The translations under genes and the position numbers were made by a program. A DNA stretch of 44,802 nt from Basidiobolus ranarum (lineage: Eukaryota): positions 1-44,802 of the forward strand of contig JASJQH010000028.1 of NCBI GenBank assembly GCA_040143965.1, given 5' to 3'. Numbering within the stretch: position 1 is the first letter of the stretch; every line of letters starts with the position of its first letter. This document shows, one piece after another, positions 10,816 through 23,767 of the stretch. The notes beneath the pieces are model-generated. The model was not told where the DNA came from and did not search any database. It saw nothing but the letters and a program-made list of their open reading frames with translations.

Positions 10816-11406
10816 CTAGTACTCTTGGTGGGGTTTAAAGCAAAAACTAATTGTCTTCGTTGTAGTCTTTATATGGCCAGTAACCATGGAAGTATTCTTC
10901 AACAACCCACTCAATTCAAACCACTGATAGTAACTTGAAACTTCTAAATCACCTTCATCTTTGAAAGTAATAAGACAGTTGCACATGGATACTTCATAAA
11001 AGCCATTTTCAAACTGAAGGGACTCAAGGAATTCTTGTTCAAAATGATAACTTAGACAATGTATATTGAAATGATACGTCATCATACCAACTTGATAATA
11101 CCCTTGTGTTGGTCCTCTTTTAAAGCCTTGAACCTCGGCCACCAGCAGTCTAATTTCCTGAGGGGTATACAGATATTGATTAACGCAATGAGGGCTTTCA
11201 ATTAAGTCAATAACGACATCAAGATAGTCTAAATGGAAAGTTCTCGCGTTTTCAGGTGAGTACTGATTGAGCTGCTGTAAATCCTTGACGCGACTCTCCT
11301 TTGCGCGTCGAATTTGTAGACGAGTCAATGGATTCGTAGGGACCTCTTGAATATCATGCTTAGTAGGAAGAAGTGAGCTATTCCTCTCACCGGACGTCCT
11401 AGTCAT
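10816..11406 (-). CDS. Hypothetical protein (~196 aa from the first in-frame ATG), no recognisable family
   Basis: 220-codon open frame in AT-rich DNA; the track's start is TTG, first in-frame ATG is at 11406 (MTRTSG). CTATAAAT on the minus strand ~140 nt upstream. Confidence 0.5.
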   Translation of the reverse strand: MTRTSGERNSSLLPTKHDIQEVPTNPLTRLQIRRAKESRVKDLQQLNQYSPENARTFHLDYLDVVIDLIESPHCVNQYLYTPQEIRLLVAEVQGFKRGPTQGYYQVGMMTYHFNIHCLSYHFEQEFLESLQFENGFYEVSMCNCLITFKDEGDLEVSSYYQWFELSGLLKNTSMVTGHIKTTTKTISFCFKPHQEY

Positions 11407-11926
11407 ATGTAAAAAAAGTGCCGAGAGGGTTGGGTGACTTGGGCTTGCTAGAACTGTATTTATCTGAATAGATTCCAATGATCATATCTTGGAAACAAGA
11501 TTAAAGCAGAAGCTTTCTAGTTTGCCTAATCAACCCCCATCAATTTATAGCATTAAGTATCCTGTACTTCCTAATCTACGTCATCTGTTACTTCTGATAA
11601 GCCACTCATTGGAATGTTTACAAAGCGATCTAGGTGCAGTTTTTATTCACACTCAAGGTAGTTACAACTTTCAGTAACGGTTTAATTCATCTAATATTAG
11701 TCATTCACTTGGCAAGATTGAAACCTCACTCTGTCAGCGATCATCGGAAGAATAATCCTTGAACATTGGTGGTAAAAAGAAAAGTTTATTTGCGAATTTG
11801 GTTATGCGGGATTATACTTACAAAAATCACTTACTAGAGGAAACATACATGTCTTAATCTTGGACAGCCCAGAGAGTAGTAATGAAGGGGTTAAAAAAGT
11901 GGGATAATATTAACGTATTGTGAATT

Positions 11927-12373
11927 CTAAACGACACAGATGAGTAATCCAGCAAGAACAGCAGATACAGCAAGTAACTTGGCAGATTGAAGAGGGCTAG
12001 CGGAGTTAAGAAGATTATTAACAAGGGTATTGTTCAACACGGAAGTGGGAGTAGGTGCAGAGGTCGATGTCGGATATAAGAGAGAGGATGGAACATTTAT
12101 ACACCACTTATAAGATTCTTCTTCTTGACGTGGCAAGTTCGCATATATGATAGGATCAGAAAAGCAGTAAGAAATACATTTAGCTAGATTTTGGGATTGA
12201 CGACAGTTGCAAAAATCATCCGTTGTAGAGCAAGGAATACCGAGAGCATTAGCGCGACACTTGGCATACATTCCACGATATATGTCTGCACAAGTAGAAT
12301 TGGCCAAGAGAGGAGGAGCGAAATTTTCGGCAGCATAAGCAGCACCGATAACAAGCAATAAAGAGAACTTCAT
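11927..12373 (-). CDS. Secreted, probably GPI-anchored 8-Cys CFEM-like protein (148 aa)
   Basis: Signal peptide MKFSLLLVIGAAYA; eight Cys including the CFEM-type core C-STTDDF-C-N-C-x8-C-x3-C; S/T/P-rich stalk; NSAS omega-like site followed by a hydrophobic C-terminus. Confidence 0.75.
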   Translation of the reverse strand: MKFSLLLVIGAAYAAENFAPPLLANSTCADIYRGMYAKCRANALGIPCSTTDDFCNCRQSQNLAKCISYCFSDPIIYANLPRQEEESYKWCINVPSSLLYPTSTSAPTPTSVLNNTLVNNLLNSASPLQSAKLLAVSAVLAGLLICVV

Positions 12374-13009
12374 ATTGTGATAAATTCTAAGCAGTCAGAA
12401 GGTGAAGGATGGCAATACACGAAGAATGTAAATTAGCATGACAAGTTGTGTGAAGAATCGCTTTTTAACAAGCCTGCAACATCCCACTCAAGCCAATGAA
12501 CTTCATTGGAATTTTTTTTGTTGATATAAGTTGCTTAACCGTACCTTTACTATGCCAGATATGGTAAGAGTTGTTTATATATTAAAAAAAGAAATGGCGA
12601 TTTGATTGTAATAACAAATAAATCACAAATATATACATCATTCCTAAGTATATCATCACTCCTAGTACAAACTTATTGATACTTTAAGCGTCAATTCAAA
12701 TGCAGAAACACAGTTTGGGATGTTGATATAAAATCGCGTAGAGTAGATAGCAGCAAACACCACGTATACCGTGACACGAAGTGTTGGCATAGTTATGTCA
12801 TCTAAGGGTTAAAACACTGTTTATAACTCAAGATTTCTTGCTACAATTTGGAAGTCATTCTATGTAATCTAAAGGTGGATAGAGTCGAGAAATAGATATT
12901 AATCACAGTTTTCTTTATATAAATTGTTCAAAAAATTACAAGTTGGAGTAGAAAAGGTAAGGATGAACAACATAATGATGCACTCCATTCATTATGAAAA
13001 TGAAAACAT

Positions 13010-15595
13010 TTAAGGAAGACGGCAAGGCTTGATGTTCCAGATGGATTCAGCGTACTCCTTGATGGCACGATCTGAAGAGAATTTAGCCATACCAGCAGTG
13101 CACATAATAGACTTCTTAGCCCAACCCTCCTTATCTTTGTAAGCTTCATCAACCTTGGCTTGAGCTTCCAAGTATTTGGGGAAATCAACGGAAACAAGGT
13201 AAACATCACCACCATTTTGGAGAGAGTACAACAAAGGAGCGAAGACGTTAGGATCTCCAAAGACACCAGAGTAGATGATATCCAGAACCTTTTGAAGTTT
13301 AGGATCCATAGGCATGTTACGATATCTCATGGCGTGTCTCAAGTCATCTACTTCATGAGCGAGAACACCAAAGGTGAAGATGTTTTCGTCACCAATCTCT
13401 TCGTTGATCTCAACATTAGCACCATCAACAGTACCCAAAATAAGACCACCGTTCAAGACAAACTTCATGTTGGAAGTACCAGAGGCCTCAGTACCGGCAG
13501 TGGAGATATGTTGAGAGATATCACTGGCAGGGATGATAACTTCAGCAATAGAGACGTTATAATCAGGGATAAAGACAATCTTGAGCAAATCACCGATTTC
13601 TTGATCAGCATTGACAACATCAGCAACACTGTTGATGAGCTTGATGACCAACTTGGCAACATAGTAACCAGGAGCGGCCTTACCACCGAAGATAATAACT
13701 CGGGGAACTTGCTTCTCCCTTTCGGCCTTACTCATAGCCTTCAATGAGGAGTAACGATAAATGACGGATAAGATGTTCATGTATTGACGCTTGTATTCAT
13801 GAATACGTTTAACTTGAACATCGAACATAGCTTCAGGGTTAACCTTGACACCACAACGCTCTTCAATATGCTTAGCCAAGCGTGCTTTGTTGGCCTTCTT
13901 GATATCCATCCATTCCTTTTGGAAAGCTTTGTCATCAGCAAACTGCTTGAGTTTAGCGAGGTCAGTGAGTTTGGTAGTCCAATGGCTGTCTCCAAGTTTC
14001 TTGGTGATAAGGTCACTAAGAACAGGATTACATTGGTGAAGCCATCTTCTAGGGGTAACACCGTTGGTCTTGTTTTCAAATTTACCAGGGTAGAAATCAA
14101 CAAAGTCTTTGAAGATAGTCTTCTGGATTAAATCAGAATGGAGGGCAGCGACACCATTGACACGGTGAGAACCGACAATAGCCAAATGGGCCATTCTAAC
14201 ATCTTGAGGAGTAGACTCTTCAATGATAGAGATACGGCTCAATAAGTCACGATCTCCTGGCTTGCTCTGTTCAACGGATTGAAGGAAGAACAAATTGATG
14301 TCGTAAATGATCATCATATGTCTAGGTAACACATGTTCAAGCATTGGGACAGACCATTTCTCCATAGCCTCAGGAAGGACGGTGTGATTAGTGAAAGCGT
14401 AGGTACGGGTGACAATATCCCAGGCTTCGTCCCATTCAAGACCTTCCTCATCAATAAGAACACGTTGCAATTCTGGAATACCAAGAGTAGGATGAGTATC
14501 ATTAAGCTGAATGGCAACTTGTTCAGGGAATTCTCTCCAAGGACGCTTAGTCTTCTTGAAACGACGGATGATATCATGAAGAGTAGCGCAAACGAAGAAG
14601 TATTCCTGCTTGAGACGGAGTTCTTTACCAACCATATGGTTGTCATTGGGGTACAAGACAGAGGTAATGTTTTCGGCGGACTTTTGTTCACCAACGGATT
14701 TATCGTAGTTACCTTCGTTGAAACTCTCAAGATCGAAGGTCTTCTTGGGCTTACTGCTCCAGAGACGAATGTTAATACAATTCTTGGTGTCGTAACCAGG
14801 AATAGGAACATCATAGGCAACGGCTTCAACCATTTGTCCACCTTCCCAGGTATATTTGGTTTTACCTTGGCTATCGTAGTTCTTGTCTACGTAACCGTAG
14901 AAGCGAACTTCGACGGAGATATCAAGACGAGGAAGCTCCCAAGGATTACCGAAGTTAAGCCAGTAATCAGGAACCTCAGTTTGGAAACCGTCAACAATCT
15001 TTTGTTGGAACATACCATAGTTATAACGAATACCGTAACCCCAGGCAGGATAATCTAAAGTAGCCAAGGAGTCCATATAACAAGCGGCAAGACGGCCAAG
15101 ACCTCCGTTACCGAGAGCAGCATCTTTTTCCTCGTCAATAAGATCTTCCATATTGAATCCAAGTTCCTTAACACCTTGGTTATATTTGTCCTTGAGACCA
15201 AGAGCCAACAAAGCGTTGTCTAATGAACGACCAATCAAGAACTCCATGGAAAGATAATAGACTCTCTTAGGGTCATGGGCAGTGTGGTACTCTTGGGTCT
15301 CGTTCCAACGTTTGATCAATTGATCACGAACGGAGAAAGCGGTGGCAAGATAACCAGCAAAATCATCAACATTATAAGGAGTTCTGGCTAGAGTGGTAGC
15401 CATGTGACGAGCGATGGAGGTTTGGATGGATGCGACGTCAGAGCCGCTTTTCTCCATCAATTCATTCCACAACTTTCTCTCTTCATCAGTAAATTGCTTT
15501 CTGTGGTCCTCATACTTGGTATGTAGGACAGGAAGGGGAAGCACAGTGGAGCTTCTTCTTCTAGGTCTAGGTCTTTCAGGGGTGTTACCGCTCAT
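13010..15595 (-). CDS. GPH1: Glycogen phosphorylase (861 aa, intronless)
   Basis: [58 protein letters not shown]-lysine motif [10 protein letters not shown]. Start placed at 15595 ([17 protein letters not shown]) because a TATAAATA (15686-15679) lies between it and the upstream in-frame ATG at 15736. Confidence 0.98.
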   Translation of the reverse strand: MSGNTPERPRPRRRSSTVLPLPVLHTKYEDHRKQFTDEERKLWNELMEKSGSDVASIQTSIARHMATTLARTPYNVDDFAGYLATAFSVRDQLIKRWNETQEYHTAHDPKRVYYLSMEFLIGRSLDNALLALGLKDKYNQGVKELGFNMEDLIDEEKDAALGNGGLGRLAACYMDSLATLDYPAWGYGIRYNYGMFQQKIVDGFQTEVPDYWLNFGNPWELPRLDISVEVRFYGYVDKNYDSQGKTKYTWEGGQMVEAVAYDVPIPGYDTKNCINIRLWSSKPKKTFDLESFNEGNYDKSVGEQKSAENITSVLYPNDNHMVGKELRLKQEYFFVCATLHDIIRRFKKTKRPWREFPEQVAIQLNDTHPTLGIPELQRVLIDEEGLEWDEAWDIVTRTYAFTNHTVLPEAMEKWSVPMLEHVLPRHMMIIYDINLFFLQSVEQSKPGDRDLLSRISIIEESTPQDVRMAHLAIVGSHRVNGVAALHSDLIQKTIFKDFVDFYPGKFENKTNGVTPRRWLHQCNPVLSDLITKKLGDSHWTTKLTDLAKLKQFADDKAFQKEWMDIKKANKARLAKHIEERCGVKVNPEAMFDVQVKRIHEYKRQYMNILSVIYRYSSLKAMSKAEREKQVPRVIIFGGKAAPGYYVAKLVIKLINSVADVVNADQEIGDLLKIVFIPDYNVSIAEVIIPASDISQHISTAGTEASGTSNMKFVLNGGLILGTVDGANVEINEEIGDENIFTFGVLAHEVDDLRHAMRYRNMPMDPKLQKVLDIIYSGVFGDPNVFAPLLYSLQNGGDVYLVSVDFPKYLEAQAKVDEAYKDKEGWAKKSIMCTAGMAKFSSDRAIKEYAESIWNIKPCRLP

Positions 15596-16789
15596 ATTTA
15601 ACAAGAACAATGAGAAGGTGAGAAAAAACGATGGATATGGAGGAGGATTCTGAGTCTTAAACAATGACAGGAGCCGGGTATTTATACAAGTTACATACGT
15701 CAACAAAAGGTGGGTTGAGCAAACCGGGATATCCATCCTTCAACCAATCAAATGAGCAGATCCAATGAGGGTATCTTATCCAGCGAGCATTACTCCTGTG
15801 CCCGAAATGCCAGATATGAAATGAGCAACAAATGGATTCATTCAAGCCAATTTGATTAATGAAACCCCGTTGACCCACACCAGCGATTCTTGAGCGATAA
15901 ACAACACTTATCTATTACGTAATGCCAGAGTTGAACTGGGATTTAATAAAATCTATGTAGGTGTAGAGTCTTCCTTATGGAGCTGACCCGATTGAATTGA
16001 CAATTACAAGTAGTGAAAGACAAGGTCGTGAGAGACATACGAGAGAGAGATGGAATATGAAGATGAAGATGGAAAATAATTCAAATACTATCACAACATA
16101 ACCCACTATGCAGTATCTTACTTGCTTAATACAGCATCTCTTGATTATTCTAGTATCGAGTCTCTTACTTGGTTATTACTAGCAAAATCTGCTGAGAGAA
16201 TAAACAACCGAAGAATACGGCGCCTATCGATTGTAGCCGCTATCGATCGTCCCGCGCAGATTTCCCTGTCTCGACTCTGCTTGTACTCACGTAGTTGATT
16301 GGATCGAAGTGCCACAATGCTGGGTAAGGAAATAGCCAGTCTTATGCTGACAACAGCCACTCTCACAAACACTCGAGAGTATGTTGATAATTACAGTTTA
16401 TTGGGGTAGAATTGACCAAGTAACTTGGACCAATGGGCGGTATCAGGATACTCTGCAAATGTAACGATACCTGGTGGCTTAAGATCATCTGGAATATTTT
16501 TAGATTAGTGAGCAGCAGACATGAAAGTTGTCACAAATAGCTCTCTGAGTGGGAGAATGAGAGCACTTGAGAGAAATTGATTATTCTACCACCCGCAACC
16601 ACCTTATCTTTACTAATTCAACGCAAAGTTTGTTGGTCTGTTACAATCTTGCTCGATTACAACCAAATAAAGTCAAATTGTATGTTTGGATTGGTGGTAA
16701 ATTATGCCATTTACAGATGTAGATATATCTTGACCAAATAATAGATTTCATCACACAACTGAACTGATTGAATTATCTACGTCAAGTAA

Positions 16790-16826
16790 ACAGAAAGCGG
16801 AACACAGAAAGCGGAACACAGAAAGC
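16790..16826. repeat. 14-bp tandem repeat x2.6 (ACAGAAAGCGGAAC)
   Basis: Copies start at 16790, 16804 and 16818 (partial), in the divergent GPH1/myosin intergenic region. Confidence 0.85.
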
Positions 16827-17888
16827 TATAAAGTTGGAATAAGCTGTTCGTGGTACGTAAAAGTAGGGGTCTAGAGCTCTCTTACTGAGCCGTTCATTGT
16901 CTATGAATTGATGAGCAAAGGTGGTCAGTTTTACAAACATTAGTCAATTAGAACAAGACTTCTTCTCAACCATCAATTCTTAGACAATCCACTTGCTACT
17001 TACCGCTTGGGCTTTTCTTCGCTGCTTAGATTCCCTTCAAGATTTGAGATAACCATCGATAATAAATTCTGATATCACGACATATTAAGAATCTTCTATC
17101 GGATAAACCCCAAAAATCTACGACTTTTTCAGGGAATACAGTATTTTTAAGCTATCTTTGCAGATAATATTGAGTTTAGGGTTAATTGGTATTTGATCAG
17201 GAGGAAAACTGGTTCCCTCCTCTAATGATTTAGCCACACACCTTTCCCGGGTTCAATCATTTTTTCCGTGGATAATGTTCTACTCTAAAAAACTGCAGTT
17301 GATTGGTGGGATCTTTAATTCAATGGCAGATAGCAATCCGAGTATATATATATATAGTATCGGAACTATACGTATTCTCTGATGATTATATATACATTAT
17401 CCAGATTCAACGAAAAGGTGGCCAATCATCTGCAAGATTCAAAATACGTAAGACTTCAATCAAAAAGTACAGTTATAGGATCATAAGAGTTATATTAGCT
17501 TTGATTGCAAGAACAGTTATAGTAATAAGGATTAGATTCCAAGTAGCCACCAAGTGAAGCATTAACCGTAACCAGATGTAAGTGCAATGTTGATTAAGTA
17601 ATAATAACCAGGAAGTCATAATAACCAGGACTGTTTCTTGACCTAATCCAGATCATGATTGACTCTGCTTTCGAATCTTATTTGAGCCGTATTTCTTAAT
17701 ACTATTATACTCATATGTTGTATCAGAAAAGGCATTTCACAACTGGTTTGTTACACAGTTTTTCAATAGACAGAAGCAAAATGTATTTCGTTATTTTTAC
17801 CACTTGAACTACTCATTCAAAAAGTGTTTCTATATCAATACCAATTCAACTACGCCTTCAAATCTTTGTTCTACAGAACTAAATAAAA

Positions 17889-20800
17889 ATGTCCGATATA
17901 CAGCAAGTAATTGCCGTGTACGGAAAAGTAGGTCTCCCTCTGGTACTATCTGACCATACCTATTTTTGATTTCCAACTGTATTTGTTCGTAGGGGGTTAG
18001 GGTTTGGTTGGCTGACGATATTGTCGGTTGGATAAGTACCTCCATAAACTTCAAAGAAGTAGATGCTAGGTTTTTGAGACTTTCTCTCATTGATGATAGT
18101 GGTAAAGTAAGATAAGCACCACTTCAGTGCACATTTTCGATAACACCGTGGCTCGATATAATACTTTATGTTTAACGTGTATTTTTACAGGATGTTCAAG
18201 TAGAGATATCGTTAACTAAACTTCAATCTGGTGAAGAAGAGTTACCACCACTCTGTAATCCTATAATATTGGAAGGGATTGATGATCTGACAAGTTTATC
18301 CCACTTACATGAACCAGCAAGTAAGTTATCTATAGCTATCATAAACAAAAGAGTTGAAGTTACGTACTAAATATAAAAACGGATCACTTTCATAGTTCTT
18401 CATAATATTCGCACGCGTTATGAAAGGCACAGCATTTACACTTATTCGGGAATTGCATTAATTGCATGTAATCCGTTTCAAACAGTTAATATTTACTCCG
18501 AGGATGTTATACGAGCATACTCTGGAAGAAACCGTGGCGAGTTGGCACCGCATTTGTTTGCAATCGCTGAAGATGCTTACAGGTGTATGTTGAATGAGAA
18601 TACGAACCAAACAGTTATAGTATCAGGTGAAAGGTAATGGTAGCAGTTTTTACATCGACCAAAGTAAAATGATAATCATACTGAATCAAAGTTGATATAT
18701 TTTCAATAATGAGATAAAGTGGTGCTGGTAAGACGGTTAGTGCAAAATTTATTATGCGTTATTTTGCTTCTGCGGAGCCAGATCCAATGAACCCTCGGAG
18801 AATAAAAGGTATTAATGCACACGGGAGATGTCGTAGTTGAATTTGATTCTTTAGTTGCTAACTTGTTAAACTTTGGGGCCACAAGACAATATAAAACTGA
18901 GCCACATTGAAGAGCAGATTCTTGGTAATAATAGCAAAGCACTCACCGAATCCTTATTGAACCGACAGTTGTGCTCACATAATTGATCCATAGCTACAAA
19001 TCCAATCTTGGAAGCTTTCGGTAATGCGAAAACCACTCGTAACGACAATAGCTCCCGATTTGGGAAATATATGGAGATACTGTTTGACCATAATATTAAC
19101 ATTGTTGGTGCCCGAATCCGAACATATCTTTTGGAGCGTTCTCGCTTGATGTTCCAATCAGAGAATGAGAGAAATTATCATATCTTTTATCAGGTGAGGC
19201 GGTTTATTAGCACAATAGAGCAACTGAATCCATGATACTTACATCGGTTCGTTAACCTCCCTTTTTTTGCGTTCATTAGCTATGTTCTGGAGCCCCATCT
19301 TCGGAAAGAAAAGAACTTCAACTCTTGGATTACTCTCATTTTCATTACTTGAATCAGGGTTCATGCGGGGCTATTGGTGGGGTGAATGATGCTGCAGAGT
19401 TTGAGCTGACACAGAAGTCACTTTCTCTTATCGGAATCTCTATACAACTTCAATGGAAAATATTCCAAGTTTTGGCTGGATTACTTCATCTTGGCAATCT
19501 TCAAATCGGAGGAAACGAGACCCTTGGAGCTAGTATAGATGATGAGCAGGAGCCATTCCGCTTAGTAACTACTTTACTTGATATCAATCCAGTCGACTTC
19601 AAAAAGTGGATGACAAAGCGGCAAATCGTGACCGGTCGAGATAAAATCATCAGTACAATGAGCCCATTGCAAGCTACGGTTGCTAGAGATGCGGTAGCGA
19701 AGTACATATACGCCAATTTGTTTGAGTGGTTGATTAGAGTAGTGAACCAAAGTTTATGCACTGATGGGGTGCTCAAAACTGTTCACTCTTTCATCGGTGT
19801 GTTGGATATCTATGGATTTGAGCACTTTGTGAAGAATTCTTTCGAACAATTCTGCATCAATTACGCCAATGAAAAATTACAACAAGAGGTAGACCTCATG
19901 CACCGACTTTCAACGTTACTCACAAAATAACCATTCTTTCATATCTATATACCAGTTCAACAAGCATGTGTTTAAGCTTGAACAAGAGGTACTGCTGTCT
20001 TGCATTCTAAATGAAGCTCTATCTCTAACAATGGCCACAATCCCACTTCTCTAGGAATATGTACGTGAGCAAATCAATTGGCAGTTCATTGAGTTTAGTG
20101 ACAATCAGCCTTGTATCGAGCTTATTGAAGGTCGTATGGGTATTCTGTCTTTACTAGATGAGGTATGTCAAGGAGAGGAAATCTCTCAATCCGATTGATT
20201 AGGTTACTAATTTGTTCACTAGGAATCACGACTTCCCTCCGGAACAGATCAAACATATGCAACGAAGCTACACCAACAGTTTGGTACACCTGCTTACAAG
20301 GACTATTTTGCCAAACCCAAGTTTAGCAATCATGAGTTTACAGTAAAGCACTATGCACATGATGTTACTTATCAAGCCGAGGGGTTTCTTGATAAAAACA
20401 AGGATACCATCCAAGACGAGTTGCTAAATGTTTTACTAGCAACAGAGTTTGATTTTCTTCAAGATGTTTTACCAAAACCTTCAGACGAGCCCATTGTCCA
20501 ACAAAATACCGGGCGACGTTCTATGGGGCCAGGAACAAAGAAATCTACTTTGGGTTCTGTATTTAAGAGTTCCTTAGTAAACCTGATGGACACCATAAGT
20601 ATAACCAATGTACACTATATTCGTTGCATCAAGCCTAATGAAGCAAAGAAACCATGGTTATTTGATCCAATGATGGTTCTATCCCAACTGAGAGCTTGCG
20701 GTGTACTTGAAACCATCCGAATCAGTTGTGAAGGATATCCATCTCGAAGGACTTTAGAAGATTTTGTCAATCGTTTCTATCTATTAACCAAATCTCAGCA

Positions 20801-23767
20801 TTGGTGTCCACAAGATACACAAACGTTTTGTCGAACGATTTTGAACCAAGTTGTCACCGACTCTGATGCTTATCAAATTGGTAAAACTAAAGTGTTTTTC
20901 CGTGCCGGTCAGGTAAGTCAAGTCACACTATATGATACATATCCTTCTATTTCCCAGTGTTGAAGCCGATCCTCATCTTTGCTAGCTTGCTTACTTGGAG
21001 AAGCTTCGCTCTGAAAGGCTGTATCACCTTACGGTTTTGATACAAAAAAATCTACGTCGATTCTTGGCCCGCAAGAGATATCTTAGGTTTCGATTCCAAA
21101 TTGTGGTTGTCCAATCCGTTATTCGAAGGAAATTCGCATTGCGTTTGTTAGAAAACATGCGTAGGATAAAGACAGCTATTTGCATTCAAAAGTACTGGCG
21201 TGCTTATCGGGAGAGAAGGAGGTATCAAGAATTTCGAGAGTTGATTATAATGGCACAATCCTGTAAGTGGAAACTGATCGCATGCTCAATATCTTTGCTC
21301 ACTTATACTTAATTCAAACGTAGATGCAAGAAGATACTCTGCTCAAAAACTGTTACAAAATATGCGTCAAATGAAAGCTACCGTGCACATTCAACGTGTT
21401 TATAGAGGCTGGTTTGTACCATTTAGTTGCCACTGATAACCATTTCTGATGCCTTAATTAAATATTGTGGATATTTTGTTTATAGGCTTGTTCGTAGAGA
21501 ATATCATAAAACTATCAACGCCATCATCCTTGTTCAAGCTCATTTACGACGTCGTCTAGCTATGAGAGATGGTGGCCCATTGACGATTGAGGCCAAGCCA
21601 GGCAGTCACTTCAAAAAACAATCATATCGCTTAGAGAGCAAAGTCGTTACCCTTACTCAAGAACTAATCTCACAAATAGATGATAACAAGATGCTTTCCG
21701 AAAAGATCTTCTCCACAGAAAATCAACTAAATCGTTGGAAAGAGAAATACGAGAATGCTGAACAAAAAAACCATGAGCTTACTGAGAAATTGGCCAGTTC
21801 TTCTGAAGAATCTAAAGAATACGAGGCTCTATTAAAGGAGAAAGATTCTTTATTGAAAATTTTGCACGATTCTTACGTGGCCAAAGAAGAGGACCTAAAT
21901 AATTCTAATCAGGAGCTCTCCATCGCCAAGAAAGATTTAGAGAAAGTGAAGACGGCTTCCAAAACAGTTGAAAATAAGAAAAATCCCGATGACAAGATGA
22001 TATTTAAGCTCCAGGAAGAGGTCGCCTCACTTCAGGCACAGTTGATGGTTATTTCAAGAGGGCATGAAGTAGATACCACTACATTGCCTCATCACAGATT
22101 TGTTTCGGGCAATTCTACTACTGCAGGTTCGTCGCCAGTTCTTACTCCAAATGCTAGCATTTCGATGATGCTTCCTAGCCCAGATATTTTGGAAGTTGAA
22201 AATATGTATAAAGCGCAAGAAGAGTATCAACTATTGACATCCACACAGAACCGTACTAGAAACTTGCCAGGTGTATCTGTCAATACTTTTACGAACCATA
22301 TGCGTAGCAATTCCTTAGAATCTGGGATCAATAAGACTGTTCAGGAAAAGTGTTATAAGCGTATGACTTTGGCAGCAGCCCCAGTAGAAAGATCATATCA
22401 ACCCGTTTTTGGACACATGTCGCTTCCTGATATACAAGTAAGTATAGAAATCATGTTACTTTACAAACCTTTTCTTATAATCTTGTTAGAGCATTTTGAT
22501 TAGTGAGGGCTTATTCAGTGAGATCGAAACTTTCCTGCGATCAGTTGCCATTCCAGTACGAAGTCAGTCACGCCCAACTATAGGTACACATGAGATATTG
22601 TTCCCAGCCAATATAGTGAATATGTGTGTTGCCCAGCTTTGGGATAATGGTTTTGGCTTGGAGTTGAAAAGATTCTTGAACAAAGCAACATTTACTATTG
22701 AGAAACTTGTAACGGTAAGAAAAAGCTACTCTTCAAATTTAAATTGCGAGAAGATCACTTCTGATCATACCTCGTCTTTTGTCATATATATACAGGGGCC
22801 TGAAAGAGATTTTATCTTGCCCTTCTGGCTTTCCAATACCTACTATTTACTTCTCAGTATCACCGAGACTGAGAAACGTTACAGAAAGGATGGTATACCT
22901 GGCTTAACACGCCGTAACACGGATTATGTTGATCCCTTCCGGGTGATTGAAAAATGTAAACATGATCTTGAAATTTTGATTACTAACATATATAACCTGT
23001 ATTTACAAGAGTTGGAGAAGCAGGTAGGGAAGCTGGTCATCCCGGCTATAGTAGAAAGTCAACCCTTGAATGAATACTTCATTCAAGAGTCGGGCTTTTT
23101 CAGCAAAGGTAGCAGCAGTCCAGCGCCATCCAACCAACTTCTGACCGAATGGTTGAATGAGCTGATTGACGCGATGGATTACTATTACGTGAGCGAACTG
23201 CTAACATCCAGATTAATCACTGAATTAGTGAATTTCGTCGGGGCCAGTGCCTTTAATCATATTATTATGAGAAAAGATTTTTGTAACTGGAAACGAGGTA
23301 CACAAATTTCAGCCAATATAGCCGCTATTGAGGAATGGTTCAAAGTGCATATTTCCCCCGAACTACCCACAATGATCCACTTGGAAAGGCTCAAGCAAGC
23401 GACCAAGTTATTAATGGTACTGCATCAAATTCGAGATGTCTCAACTTTATTTCAAATATGCTATCTCTTGAACCTTGGACAAGTTTCAAAACTTGTATCC
23501 ATCTATTCGATTACTGAATACGACGATCCCATTGGTCCGCAGATTTTGGATCAGGTAGCTAAGCAAAGTGAAGGAGGTGAGAGAGAAAGTCTTTTCCTAG
23601 CCGCGGGTGATTCACAGCACACTCAAATATTCCCGAACCTAACCTTGACGGCTCAGTATTTCCCGATCCGAAAATACATACCCGACTGGCAGAGGGTTCA
23701 TTTACTAAAGATCATTCTTGAATACTCACAAACAAACGATTCCCAACATTCTGCGATTGAACCCTAA
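17889..23767 (+). CDS. MYO2: Class V myosin heavy chain (Myo2-like), ~16 exons
   Basis: ATG 17889 ([18 protein letters not shown]). [21 protein letters not shown]-loop [58 protein letters not shown], six IQ motifs, [13 protein letters not shown] coiled coil, C-terminal DIL domain ([19 protein letters not shown]...IEEW). About 15 GT-AG introns keep the frame. Confidence 0.95.

Noticed and set aside
946-12373. A biosynthetic gene cluster around the NRPS-like gene
   Set aside because: Neighbours (carbonic anhydrase, GT2 pseudogene, orphan ORF, CFEM-like protein) are not tailoring, transport or regulatory genes.
13160-15058. Long antisense and alternate-frame ORFs inside GPH1 (e.g. 13160-13747, 14333-15058), with similar ones in transketolase and the NRPS-like gene
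   Set aside because: Shadow ORFs produced by codon bias of the real genes; no recognisable motifs.
15596-15736. 47-aa N-terminal extension of GPH1 from the ATG at 15736
   Set aside because: A TATA box and a pyrimidine-rich leader lie downstream of this ATG, so it is probably outside the transcript.
17993-18007. Telomere-like GGGGTTAGGGTTTGG
   Set aside because: It is coding sequence (GVRVW) at the start of myosin exon 2.
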